Source of the DNA: Lingula anatina
Taxonomy: Eukaryota > Animalia > Brachiopoda
Direction: 5' to 3'
DNA length: 64,000 nucleotides
Assembly (NCBI GenBank): GCA_051362555.1
Contig: CM120641.1
Coordinates: 37,826,401 to 37,890,400, forward strand
Shown here: positions 27,801 to 37,740 of the stretch, one piece after another
Numbering within the stretch: position 1 is the first letter of the stretch
Layout of the letters: each line of letters begins with the position of its first letter
Position numbers and translations under genes: made by a program
The notes under the pieces: generated by a model
Database searches by the model: none
The model's input: the letters and a program-made list of their open reading frames with translations, nothing else
What the model was told of the DNA's origin: nothing

Positions 27801-28238
27801 CTTAGAATTTTAACAATTTGTCATATTACTCATTGGAATTTTTTCCTATAAAGAATACTTTTAAACTTCAAAGTTCAAGTGAATCAGTGATCTGTTTGCT
27901 AAGAGATCAAATATTCAGTCTAGATTTTAATAAACTGCATGTACACTTACCAATCATTTGCTGACTATGTATACCTTAGACTTCAGTCAGTGACGTGCTT
28001 GAATAGTAGCATATTATATTCAAACTTGTATAATATATATTTTTCAGTCACATGTATCTGTCGTTTATTTGTTTTATTTTAGGTGTGTCATAATCATATA
28101 TTAGATTCCAACCTTGAGAAGAAAGTTATCAACAAGCTTGAAGAGAATCACCAATATACTGACCAATGTAGACAAAGTGATGATACCAAGAAAATATCAA
28201 AGATGTATGCAATGTTTGACAGATCTATAAATGCCTAA
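61..28238 (+). CDS. MEI1: Meiosis inhibitor protein 1 (MEI1) ortholog, 28 coding exons, about 1241 aa
   Basis: Hand-spliced GT-AG exons with consistent phases: 61-319, 766-813, 1013-1086, 6924-7029, 10424-10627, 15116-15319, 15595-15711, 16017-16116, 17020-17154, 17413-17646, 17919-18063, 18281-18450, 21017-21135, 21339-21471, 21955-22066, 22476-22524, 23204-23331, 23723-23851, 24114-24185, 24338-24440, 24892-24987, 25133-25246, 25513-25661, 26111-26362, 26639-26723, 26930-27036, 27516-27641, 28083-28238 (TAA); total 3726 nt. Motifs match vertebrate MEI1 as I recall it: PLCICCVVELL...KKKF (cf. RLCLACALELL...RKKH), GLKYPDE, ILQVAAVQC, ADIAEYLFEAL, HVIYG, QPWNRFMLTTLL (cf. QPWNRFLLFTLL). An acceptor at 24-25 implies an upstream 5'UTR exon outside the window. 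Confidence 0.92.
2343..2557. mobile_element. MITE family A, copy 1 (about 215 bp, TIRs)
   Basis: CCCATTTCCATAGATT..AGATCGA at the left, TCGATCTAAAATCTATGGGAATAG at the right. Closely similar second copy at 33905-34130; TIR fragment near 24812. Confidence 0.8.
2700..3252. mobile_element. PIF/Harbinger-type MITE
   Basis: Perfect TIR TACCCCGTTCACACTAC / GTAGTGTGAACGGGGTA, 3-bp TSD TGA (2697-2699, 3253-3255), internal GTGTGAACGCA repeats, CpG-rich compared with the host intron. Confidence 0.88.
4333..4385. repeat. (TTA)n microsatellite
   Basis: Read directly from the sequence. Confidence 0.95.
5349..5462. repeat. (CT)n tracts with a duplicated TCAAATTTGATTTTTGGTTGCTTTT unit
   Basis: Two copies of a (CT)n tract plus a ~25-nt unit in tandem. 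Confidence 0.85.
7351..7460. repeat. Short imperfect tandem duplication (about 57-nt period)
   Basis: TACTATTAA.TCATTTATTTACT.ATTAATGGAT.ACTACCAAAAT.TAATC occurs twice. Confidence 0.8.
7560..9030 (-). mobile_element. Possible ancient, heavily decayed non-LTR retrotransposon RT remnant
   Basis: On the minus strand, scattered motif-like pieces occur in RT order (APG near 9010, RP near 8740, GST near 8555, IFRPII near 7890, PPPPQW near 7580). There is no continuous ORF, so support is weak. Confidence 0.25.
9903..10080. repeat. (CT)n tract and 28-bp tandem duplication
   Basis: (CT)n at 9903-9962; TTGAATTATCATCATCCC.TTTATCAGA twice at 10023-10080. Confidence 0.85.
11386..14938. mobile_element. 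Non-autonomous Academ-like DNA transposon with long modular TIRs (3553 bp)
   Basis: Termini TAGTCCAAGAAATTGGTG ... CACCAATTTCCTGGACTA with a 3-bp TSD TAT (11383-11385, 14939-14941). Subterminal ~300-320 bp units in inverted orientation (2 left, 4 right), rich in GGCGGCCATTTTGG-like motifs. TAG termini plus a 3-4 bp TSD are Academ hallmarks. Confidence 0.78.
13053..13380. repeat. 107-bp minisatellite, 3 copies, inside the Academ-like element
   Basis: GAGTCAGAAGCATTGGAAGACTGG... starts at about 13053, 13160 and 13267. Confidence 0.92.
16345..16977. mobile_element. Non-autonomous Kolobok-type DNA transposon
   Basis: TTAA TSD (16341-16344, 16978-16981); imperfect TIR AGTCATAATCACTCTT / AAGAGTTATTATTGCT with purine-purine termini; CpG-rich interior. 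Confidence 0.75.
17173..17208. repeat. (CA)n microsatellite
   Basis: Read directly from the sequence. Confidence 0.95.
17873..17914. repeat. (ATT)n microsatellite abutting the MEI1 exon 11 acceptor
   Basis: Read directly; it ends 4 nt before the exon start (CCAG| at 17918). Confidence 0.95.
18504..19219. mobile_element. Older MITE hosting the nested 18539-19065 element
   Basis: Inverted repeat CTTAAGTCAGGTTCTCTGGCTTAG versus CTAAGCCAAGGAGCTGACTTAAG; degenerate ends GGGGTCTAGTT / AACTGGAGCC. Confidence 0.55.
18539..19065. mobile_element. Young palindromic PIF/Harbinger-type MITE with ~165-bp TIRs
   Basis: GAGCGCATTCTCAACGAATTAAGCCAGGC... and ...GCCTGGCTTAATTCGTTGAGAATGCGCTC are near-perfect inverted arms; TSD TTA (18536-18538, 19066-19068). 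Related decayed fragment at about 41695-41753. Confidence 0.92.
19264..20668 (+). mobile_element. Kolobok-type DNA transposon derivative with a disrupted THAP zinc-finger
   Basis: TTAA TSD (19260-19263, 20669-20672); TIR AGGCCTACTGTG / CACAGTATACCT. About 19509-19795 translates KCVAPGC...RKIWF...HARICSDHFEPECF...LKDDAVPSIF (C2CH THAP signature) with one stop and one frameshift. Confidence 0.88.
22531..22864. mobile_element. MITE with long TIRs directly behind the MEI1 exon 16 donor
   Basis: Perfect 36-bp inverted repeat TAGTGGGCTAGATTTGGTCTTAAAATGCAATTTAAG / CTTAAATTGCATTTTAAGACCAAATCTAGCCCACTA, continuing imperfectly inward; internal ATTGTGAG repeats. Confidence 0.85.
27301..27505. mobile_element. 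Small PIF/Harbinger-type MITE
   Basis: Inverted AAGTTGATCTGTGGAC / GTCCACGGATCAACTT, degenerate termini GGGCAC / GCTCTC, TSD TAA (27298-27300, 27506-27508). Confidence 0.72.
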
Positions 28239-28464
28239 ATGATTTCTTATTTTGTCTGATCTGGAGGAGGGACTGGGGCCAGTCACTTTTTAAGGGGATA
28301 TATGATTTTATGTTCTTACCAAGAAAAAATACAAACTACCAAGGTGGAAAACTGGGCATAATGTTATAATATGTTGTTATATTCATTTTGATAATGTGTA
28401 TCATATCAACAATTCCAATGTTTTATTATAGATATAGATAATATGTGATCTGAAATGGATTTAT

Positions 28465-28470
28465 AATAAA
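28465..28470 (+). terminator. Candidate polyadenylation signal of MEI1
   Basis: AATAAA about 230 nt after the MEI1 stop codon; supported by position only. Confidence 0.4.
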
Positions 28471-29228
28471 CTAAAATAACTTAATGTGAACTGGGAGAAT
28501 AACACATAGATTAGTTGTTAACACTTTGACAGTTATTGTACCTTATAGATATGACTGAATTTAAAAAAAAAAACAGTACATTTTATTATGTCAAAGAAAA
28601 CATTTACTTGTGCTTTCATGGTGAACAGTGTGAATGTTGTCAACTGGTAATTAGATGTGTTCATCATGTTCATGTTCATTTTCCTGTAACTTGATAACCT
28701 TTATTACTTGCATGGTGTATCCCTATGCTGCCCCCACCTCCCCCTCTACTATCCAAAATCAGAAGTGAATTAATGAGACAAAACTGACTGATTTTCTATC
28801 CCTGTATCATAAATTTTACAGCAAAATTGTCTGCTATTTTGTTTTTGTTTTTTAATTAAGGAAAAAAAACAAAATCCATTGACACACATCAGCATTTTAT
28901 ATTCTGTCATCATCTTCACACCGAGTCTAAAGGAATAAGAGATGAATGTAAATGATTGTTAGTTTAAAAGCCAATATATCGCATAGCTATCAATCATAAA
29001 AGGCCACTTCAAAGCTTGATATCAAATACAGTTTAGTAGACAGGTTCCCCCAATTAACCTTTAGAAAAAGATTCTACATTTGGAACTTATGTTGTGTTTC
29101 ATTTCATTGGGTAACTATAACTTTATGGAAAGCATGGCAACATTGTGACATTGATGTCTACTCACTGAGAATAAAAAAGATCAAAAGTGGAATTTGACAC
29201 CATTTGAAAATATAATGATATAATTACT

Positions 29229-30575
29229 GTTTTGTTTCAGACCTAAAGATACAGTACCTCAATTCTCGCCTTTGCACATGAACAACTGCAGTATACAATT
29301 CCGTTAAAATAATGTACATGTGAACAGAGTAACTGAGAAAAGCAGGTGCAAACCACCTAACCTAAATTTTTACATGAGGAAAAATGTCAGGTAGTATGTG
29401 ATTTAATTATGCGTCGTTAGTCCATCGCAAACGATGAAGACATTGTTCATCGGGTGCAGAATCTTTTATGAGTCTTCAATCCTCGCCCGATCTGCAGATT
29501 TTGCCACGAGAATCGCATTTGAGAGCAGCATTAATTATAACTGATTGCAAACACCTATATTATTTGGCCCCTTGTCAATATCTGCGTTTTTCCCAACCAA
29601 GGTTCCAGATGGAATTGTTTTTTACTAAGGCACGAGAGGGGGAATACAACGGCAGAAGATTTTTCTTTGATGAAATACATAGCAGGAAATATCAGGTAAA
29701 ATGAGTGAACAGAGATTTAGAGTGTATCAGGTATTAGGTCATAAAAACATTTTAGACATAATTTGTATATGCTATGCCTTTCTCAAAACCAGCATCTTTT
29801 TGCAAAATCATCGCATCATTTTCAGTCTTTCTAACATCAATCCGTTCATTCCCTTTCTTCCAGTTGCCTACCGTTTCTCTTCTGCCTCATCCATCACCCA
29901 GTAGATAAATTCACAATCAAAGAAAGAGAGCAAACACTTCTAGCGGGTTCAGATACTTGGGTAAATCCCTCTTATACCAACCGGTAGCAGAGCCAGGTAC
30001 ATGTAACTGGCTCTCAGTATACCCTGTTTGCACACCAGGGTCTTCCGAGATACCCCCCCCCCCCTCTCATTGACAAAACATCGCCTTACAGTTGCATGTA
30101 GGTTGCAAAATTTATCATCAGAAGCGCAATTAAATTCATTTTTAAAAAGTTATCTTATGCAATCGAGTATGAATGCAACCACATCGCAGTTTGTATGCCA
30201 GCATAGTGACATTAAATTTTTATGTGTTTGTATTTGAATCACGACGCAATATGAAGGCAAAACGTGGAAGTTTGGGCACACTGAAATTTTTCAGTAGAAT
30301 TCTTGCTGGGACTCTCTTTAAGCTCCAAGATCAGACCCCCCCCCTCCCCGCAAAAAAAAATTAATAGGACCGTTTCGTTACCCAACCTAGTTTTTACTTC
30401 ACTGTTTCTGATACCTTAGTGAAATATGTGTTGTGTCATATGCTATCATAATCTGAGGCTCTCTGCCAGTGTCACACTAGCATCTTGTACTTACTGAGAA
30501 TAATTGCGAAAAAGTAATTCAGATGATTTTTTATCTTTAATCTTAAACCTATTCACCTAAATTCGTAGAATCTGC
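29229..30575. repeat. Tandem duplication unit, copy A (about 1.3 kb)
   Basis: Colinear diverged similarity to 31589-33540, from TGTTTCAGACCTAAAG to CTAAA.TCGTAGAATC. Confidence 0.9.
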
Positions 30576-31588
30576 ATCTTTAGTCGCTGTTTTTTCATTC
30601 AATTTTTTTTCAAATACGTTTGCTCTGTATACACTATATAGGGTAGGTTATGCCTTTTTTTTCGGAAGAAATCCACAACATCCGCTGCTGTCATCGAAAC
30701 GTGGCAAAAAATGAGAAACAGATATATGTAGTTAGATGGAACATGCCGTAATAATGAGAACTGTCACTGACTGGCAATCTTCGGAAGCTCTGGCCTTATC
30801 GGCGAGCAATGGTTTTTAAACACGCCCCCCCCCCCTAGTCCTTTACTTAGGACATACACTGTGCAAAACTGTGTATCTTTGTATTTTTAAGGTATGTATA
30901 CAGTCTACGTGAGCCTTGCACCCCAGATTTCAGCTATCATACAGAGGTTTTAATGTAAAATATTATCATGACAGCTGTTATTAACACAGCTTTGCATGAA
31001 GATTAAACCACACCATCAGCTGATATTATATGGCTCTATGACCACAAGTGGAAATTAGTTTTCCAGGTTATGCTTTGGATTCGTTTCATCTTAATTTAGA
31101 ATAGCTCCACTCTTTCTCTGCTATACGTATATCCTGAAGCCTTAATTTTAGTTCCGTTAAAATATTTGAAGATATCCTGCCCTTGCAAGAGCAAAACATT
31201 CCCAAAATGTTGCTTTGTCATTTTGATTCTTATTTGAACAGCTTTTTATGAGTGTCTAGAATTTCTATTTTATTTCATAGTTTGCACAATTTTAGCCAGA
31301 GTTTCTAAATAAAAAATTTAATTCATCTGGAAACATAGGATGCTGCAACGGGTATCCTTCCTGGCACTGTTACTTTATTTTCTTTTGAGTAAACGCCATG
31401 CAAGTGCATAATTACAGAAATAATTTATTTGAAGTTACATTTCACTCTTTTAGGAGTATTTTATTTCAGTTTGTAAATAAAGATTAAACCAAAGAATTTC
31501 CAAAAATTTTCGGTAATGTTGTTCTCGTCTACCGTTTCATATTTGCAATTGACCTTTTGATAAAACGAGGAAAGAAAATCATCACTGT

Positions 31589-33541
31589 CTTGTTTCAGAC
31601 CTAAAGCGACACTACTTCAATTCTCACCGTTTGCGAATGAATAATAATAATAATAATAATTTATTTTTCTATGGCGCATTCCATTAAAAAATCTCAATGC
31701 GCCTTACAACATTCACTTAAAAGAGCTAAATAACACAATACTAATATAAGAACACATTACAATTTTAAAGGACTAAGAACTAATTTAAAGAACCAATTAT
31801 TCATATTCTAAAATGATAAGAACCTAAAGTGACAACATTTAAAATTAATCATAAAATTACAGTACACCTTAATAAAAACTAAAATGAACTATATGATATT
31901 TACTGATAGGCTATTCTAAAAATATGAGTTTTCAAAAGCTTTTTAAAAGTATCTATGTCACCTGCTGCTCGTATTTCAGAAGGTAAGGTGTTCCAAACTT
32001 TGGGTGCATATATCATAAATGCCCTTTCACCGTAAAATTTACCAGCTTTTTTCTCTAAGACACTGTGTTCTAAAAGTAAATGACTAAAAGTTGAAGACCT
32101 GGTAACTCTTCCATGCTGATGTTGCTTCATAAGTTCTGAGATATAAAGTGGTTTATTCTCAGTGACTGCTTTAAAAATGACACATAAAATTTTTAATAAA
32201 ATTCTCTCTCTTACTGGAAGCCAGTGAAGTTCCATCAAAACAGGTGTTATATGCTCTCGGCTGTTCCATCCCATTTTTAGTTGAACGAATGGAATATTCA
32301 ATTTGGTTAAAATAATGTACATGTGAACAGAATTATTGAGAAAAACATATGGATGCAAAGACTTTTAAAAATTTAAGTTTCTCTCTGAAGAAACAAATTT
32401 AACATGAAAACTGTCTTTGTCAACACGAAAGAAAAGCATTCCAACCCCACACTCCTTCCTCAATATCGATGTTTTTCCCAACCCAGATTCCAGATGGAAT
32501 TGCTTTTTACTGAAACATGGGAGGGGGAATATAACGACAGTTTTTTCTTTGATGAAATACAATGCAAGAAAATCGTGTTAAATGAGTGAACAGAGATTTA
32601 GGGTTTAGCAGGTTTTATGTCATAAAAACATTTTAGACATAATTTGTAAATGCTTAACCCAAGATCTTTTGAATCTGAAACTATTTCCATCTTTGTACCA
32701 CATTTCTTCTCATAACACATAACAAGTGCCATCTCAATAATCTGCGCCTTTCCCACAATTTGCATTTTTTTTTTTTTACAATCTCATCACATCAGTTTCA
32801 ATTTTTCCAAAATCAATCCGTTCATTCCCTTTTCTTCCAGTTGCCTACCGTTCTCTTCTGCCTCATCCATCACCCAGTACTGGTAGTTTAATTCACAATT
32901 AAAGAAAGACAGTAAACACTTCTAGCGGGTTCAGATATTTGGGTAAATCCTCCTTATACCAACTGGTAGCAAAGCCGGGTACATATAACTGGCTCTCAGT
33001 ATACACCAGGGCCTTCCGAGATACCCCCCCCCCTTAATGAGAAAATTTCGAATTACGTGTAGGTTGCAAAATTTTATGCTGGGTCACAGATGTGTGTGCA
33101 TCACGTATAAAGCTTAAGTAGTAGAATTAAATTTACAAAACCCGCTAATCTCTGTAATCTCGCTGAATGCTACCACAGTGTTGTTTGTATGCCACCATAG
33201 TGAAATTAAATTTTTATATGTTTGTATTTGAATCACGACACAATTTGAAGGCAATACGTGGAAGTTTGAAGATATTCAGTTGAATTCTTGCTGGGACGCT
33301 CTCTGAAGCTCCCAGACTGCCCCAAGGTCCCCAAAGAAAAAAATATATAACTATTATATGACCCAACCTTCACTGTTTCTGATACCTCAGTGAAATATGT
33401 GTTGTGCCATGTGTTTTCATGTGAGCCCCCTTCCCCTCCCCCTGTCAGCTTAACACTAACATCTTCTTCTTACTGAGAATAGTTGCTTAATTCTTAAGAT
33501 TATTTATTATCTTAAATCTAATTATCTAAACTCGTAGAATC
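31589..33541. repeat. Tandem duplication unit, copy B (interrupted by an L2 fragment)
   Basis: Colinear with copy A except for the 31640-32281 insertion and smaller indels. Confidence 0.9.
31640..32281 (-). mobile_element. 5'-truncated L2/CR1-group LINE, 3' end
   Basis: ORF2 C-terminus REHITPVLMELHWLPVRERI...RAF...APKVWNTLPSEIR...FKKLLKTHIF, followed by the 3' stem-loop TGTAAGGCGCATTGAG...GCGCCATAG and a (TTA)n tail. Absent from the paralogous copy A. Confidence 0.93.
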
Positions 33542-33904
33542 CATTTGGAAATCTGAAAATGACGGAGAACTTGTATGTATTGGCTCCCAAAGCCGTTTTT
33601 TTCCAAAGCCGCTAGTTTGCTGTGTATGATCAAGCAACAGCAAACATTTGCAACAGGTACTGGTAAATATAATTCAAAGTATTTACAAATAACAAGGCAT
33701 TATATTTATTAAATGACTGCTTCTAAAACATTTCATATTAAAGAGCAAATCAAGTAAATGACAATCATCGTTTTTGCTGGCTAAAATAGATTTTTAGCAT
33801 CTTAAAAAAATCCAAGGATAGCATAAAACACTACTACCATTTTGCATCCTGTTCTATGACATCGCCACCTGTCCCCTGCTTATATTACCCAGCCAATATA
33901 AATC

Positions 33905-34130
33905 GGGTGCTTTCCCAGAGATTTAGATCGATCTAAAGATTAAGTTTTAGATCGACCTAACTCCCTGGGGGTTCAGGCTAAATTGCAGTCAGCCGAGCGG
34001 ACACCATAGTTAATTACCCCCTTACAGCTTTTAGTAGGCGGGACAGACGCTTAAGCCGGCCAAGCTGACAGTAATCTAGTGAGACTCCCCACAGGGATAG
34101 ATCGATCTAAAAATCTATGGAAATGGGGTG
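33905..34130. mobile_element. MITE family A, copy 2
   Basis: Interior closely similar to 2343-2557; TIRs TTTCCCAGAGATTTAGATCGATC / GATCGATCTAAAAATCTATGGAAA. Confidence 0.82.
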
Positions 34131-35364
34131 GTAGCTATGCTGTTACTAAAACGTCCATTGCTTTAGATGTACGTGTTCTCTCTTGGGTGAGATTGAAAGT
34201 CCCCCCCCCCCCCCCCCACTCACTTTTGCCAGTCTTTCACTTGCATCTTCTAGACCTACATATTGAGAATAATGACTTTTTATATACATTTATCTCCGTA
34301 AGATATATTTATTTAATTATTTTTCATTCTTTTTATTAAATGTCAGTCTGTATACACTTTATTGATGAAGGGGTTCCATAGAATCTCAATCTTTGGGCGT
34401 TTCTTCCTTCTTTTTACTACATGTTTGTGTACACTACATAACTAAATTAAGAATAGATTTAAAGAAAAGATAACTACATTTTTAAACTACACAGCTGTGC
34501 ATGCAGATGAATCCCACGCCATTTGATGATATCATATGTTGCAATAAGAAAGAACTAGTTTGGTCTGTGGTGTAAAAAAGGTTGCAAGGACGGAAACTAT
34601 TGCCGGCTGTCAATTATCGTCAGTTCTAAGACTATTGGCAAGCAGCAGTTTTTACGCCCCCAGTCCTTACCACAAAACGGTTCTTTCGCAAAAATAATCA
34701 GTTCCATGTCGTTACACAAATTGCAGAAGAACCATTCGTTAATTGTACCCAAGAAAAAATTGAAGCTCAGTAAACATACAATAAACACACATTTTGTAAT
34801 TCATCAATCCAATCTGTCTATATGTCATGTGCCTCAGTCAAAATGTTGACTTGTTGTATTGTAACATAAACTAGCTCATTTGATGTTCTTGTTCCAACAA
34901 CGTTTAGTCGTCTAGATGGCAAGAAACACAATATTTACGTGTAACTGGTAACGGGCAAGCAGGGTAATGATACATATTTTTTAAAAAATCGCTACCTTAC
35001 TGGGAGACGGTGAAAGTCTTTTAAAATAAGATTGAAAATCCAGTGAAATCTCTGAATGGACATTTGAAAATGAAAAATCTTGTTCACGTTCCCCGTATAG
35101 ATATCCATTATGTGCATTTAGTATGAGTATGGGACAATAAAACTGTCTTATACTTAGTCTGTGCGTAAGGGTATTTTGTCATGTCCATCATAATATTATT
35201 TTCAATACGTCGGGGTCATGGTGAAAAGTTTGTTGTTTTTTACTTACCGAAATAATATTTTTTTCTTCCCACTGTATGACCATCTTAAAATGTTTCTTTT
35301 CCTTTAACTGTAAACAAGTTTCCCTTCCTGTTGAACGTACGTTGTATTCAAATAAATATAACCG

Positions 35365-35490
35365 CAAAACGTCATCTGTCAAACTATCATTCTAATGATC
35401 TAAATCAAATACTAAGACCCAAGTCACCAATCACATTTTACCAGATACACCTTCTGTGGGTGTGTGGGTGTGGGTGTGTGTATATATACC
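35365..35490 (+). promoter_or_regulatory. Proximal promoter of VWD paralog 1
   Basis: ACGTCA (35369), CCAAT (35427) and TATATATA (35481) occur in the same order as in the paralog 2 promoter. Confidence 0.55.
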
Positions 35491-35578
35491 CTGTATATAT
35501 CTACGGAGCATGCTTGGGTCTAGATAGACAACACTTTCATTCTGACAGTAACAACTGATTATAACCATTACAGGAACC

Positions 35579-36589
35579 ATGCAGACCTACGTACCGGTAG
35601 TTCTCATTTTGATGGCGGTGCTTGGTAAATGTAGTAGCCAAGGGACTATTGCGACAGGTGAGTTTCACCTTTTTCTTGTAGCAAGACAGAAAAACTCGCA
35701 TTTTGTAGACATAACTTGAAATCTGATACAACTGCCATTTTAATATAGCATTGTTTAAAAAAACAAATATAAAATACTACATGTGCCTTAAACGCTGTGC
35801 ACAATGCATTTATCATAAATATTTTCAATGAACTCCTCACTCCTCAGGAAGTAGCAAAAACCAAACAAATGTTCACTGGGTCCTGGTCGGGAAGGAAGAG
35901 ATTTTTTAATCGTGGCTGGCTGATTAAGGGAAATGTTGAAATTTTGATTAATTTTCTTTTTTTCTATAAGATGGAAACAGCTTTTATTTGTTTTATTTGT
36001 TACTTGTTTATTTATTTCCTACAGATGATTGTACTGTTTGTGGGGATCCGCACATCGTAACCTTTGATGGAAAGCGTAAACGTGATAACTTGGTTCCCGG
36101 TGTGTGGCATGTTCTTTCACAAGATAACGTGAATACTCCGCCTCGCTGGATGGTTACAGCCCTAACAGAGTTTCATAAGGGTGGACCAAGAACGAAACTT
36201 TTAACAGTTAGTTTCACTTGCAAATTGATTGATGGAACTGACAATGTAGACACGGTTGACATGGCGACAGTTGCACAATTAGGTCCGGGACAAGTATTCG
36301 ATGTAAGTTTTCCACTTTTATGACAAAAGAATAGACAAAAGTAAGCGCTCCAAAAAAATAGAAAACGTAAAGCAAGCAAGAAAGGAAATGTGCAGGTCTC
36401 ATCGTTCCGCAATGTTAGTGTTTCTTTTCGATTTCTTGTTTTTTAAATAAAATGTTTTACTAGCAATAGCAGCGAAAACAACTATATATAACGTGAAGCT
36501 GAGACAAACAAGCTTTTTAACCTTTTTTTAAATGCCCAAATCTCTGGCAAATTTTACTCTTTGTGATCATTGAACTTCAGATATTTTTC

Positions 36590-36637
<48 letters not shown>

Positions 36638-36873
36638 CATCCCTATTAATTACCCTTTGAATATATTTTGTTAAGTGCCCCTCCCAGCAAGTCAGCATCA
36701 CTATTGGCCCTCGTCGCTGTGTGAAAATAACCGTTGCTGAACCAAAGTGGATCGATGGAACAGCTGGACCATGTGGTGACAACGACGGCGACAAATCGAA
36801 CGAGATTTGGAAAATAGAAATTCCCTCTCTTGCAACCAGTATTACTAATTTCCATAAAATACTTATGCAGTGA
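35579..36873 (+). CDS. Small secreted single-VWD-domain protein, paralog 1 (about 184 aa)
   Basis: Exons 35579-35657 (signal peptide MQTYVPVVLILMAVLGKCSS), 36025-36302 (DDCTVCGDPHIVTFDG...) and 36676-36873 (CPSQQVSITIGPRRC...GPCGDNDGD...Q*). Phases 1 and 0 fit. The exon 3 acceptor (TTAAG) is weak. GDPH-x-x-TFDG and G-x-CG-x-x-x-G are the VWD boundary motifs. Confidence 0.8.
36591..36634. repeat. (TG)n microsatellite
   Basis: Read directly; lies in intron 2 of VWD paralog 1. Confidence 0.95.
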
Positions 36874-37235
36874 TCCGTGCAACTTAACGTGCCTTTTATT
36901 GCATTACATTGAATAATATATACACGCAAGGCCGTAGTCTTTGTAATCAGTAGCTTGTTGCAATAAACATATCATTAATTTTATTATAAGGTGGTATATT
37001 TTGAAAGAAAGAAAGGGCTATAAAAGGGTATAGGGTGAACTCAAGAATGAACCGTTATGAGATCAAAACAATATTTTATTTAAGAAATAGATACCTGTAG
37101 TTAAATGTACCTTGAAGCCTAGCTAGTGGTTTAAATCCAATCCGTCCTGTAAATAAATGAATAGATTCAAACAAGAAAATAAATAAACCCCCAATTTCTT
37201 TTTTTAAAAAAACTTAAAAGATCCTTTTTTTACAG

Positions 37236-37740
37236 TCATTCCCTCCCGTAAATGGAAAACGTAAGGTGGACAGATTCAAGGATCATGGACAGCCACATCG
37301 GACTTTCGGACCTGGACAAAGATTATTCAATCATAGCGGGTATTATGGCGGGACTGCAGCGCTTCTTTATTTGACGTTTTCTCGTTCATTTTGAGTTATT
37401 CTACACAGAGCAGACTTTCGGCACAGTTGATAAACGATAAAGTTTTAGTAAATTGAAGGCGTTTTAACATTTTTCCTGTCTAATATTTGACTGTGTGTAG
37501 AACTATTTAGCAGAATTTTGTGTGGTATTTGTCATCCAGGCTTATGTTGCTTTGAGACAGTTTGTAATGTGAATACCAGTATGTTGGTCCACAATGTAGG
37601 CAAACAGATTGGACGGAACCAAAGAAAACGCCCACAAAATTAATTGGGAGGTTCAATTAAAATTATATACATATATCATTTATTTTCTTTCTTGTGCGCT
37701 TTTGCTTTAAATAAACATTTAATGTTCAACTGTTGTGTTA
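37236..37740 (+). other. Putative terminal (probably 3'UTR) exon of VWD paralog 1
   Basis: Acceptor TTTTTTTACAG| is conserved with paralog 2 (47070), followed by about 500 bp of colinear similarity and AATAAA at 37710. Confidence 0.45.

Noticed and set aside
36658-36660. In-frame TGA as selenocysteine in VWD paralog 1
   Set aside because: It lies upstream of the likely acceptor, aligns with no Cys in paralog 2, and no SECIS element was recognised.
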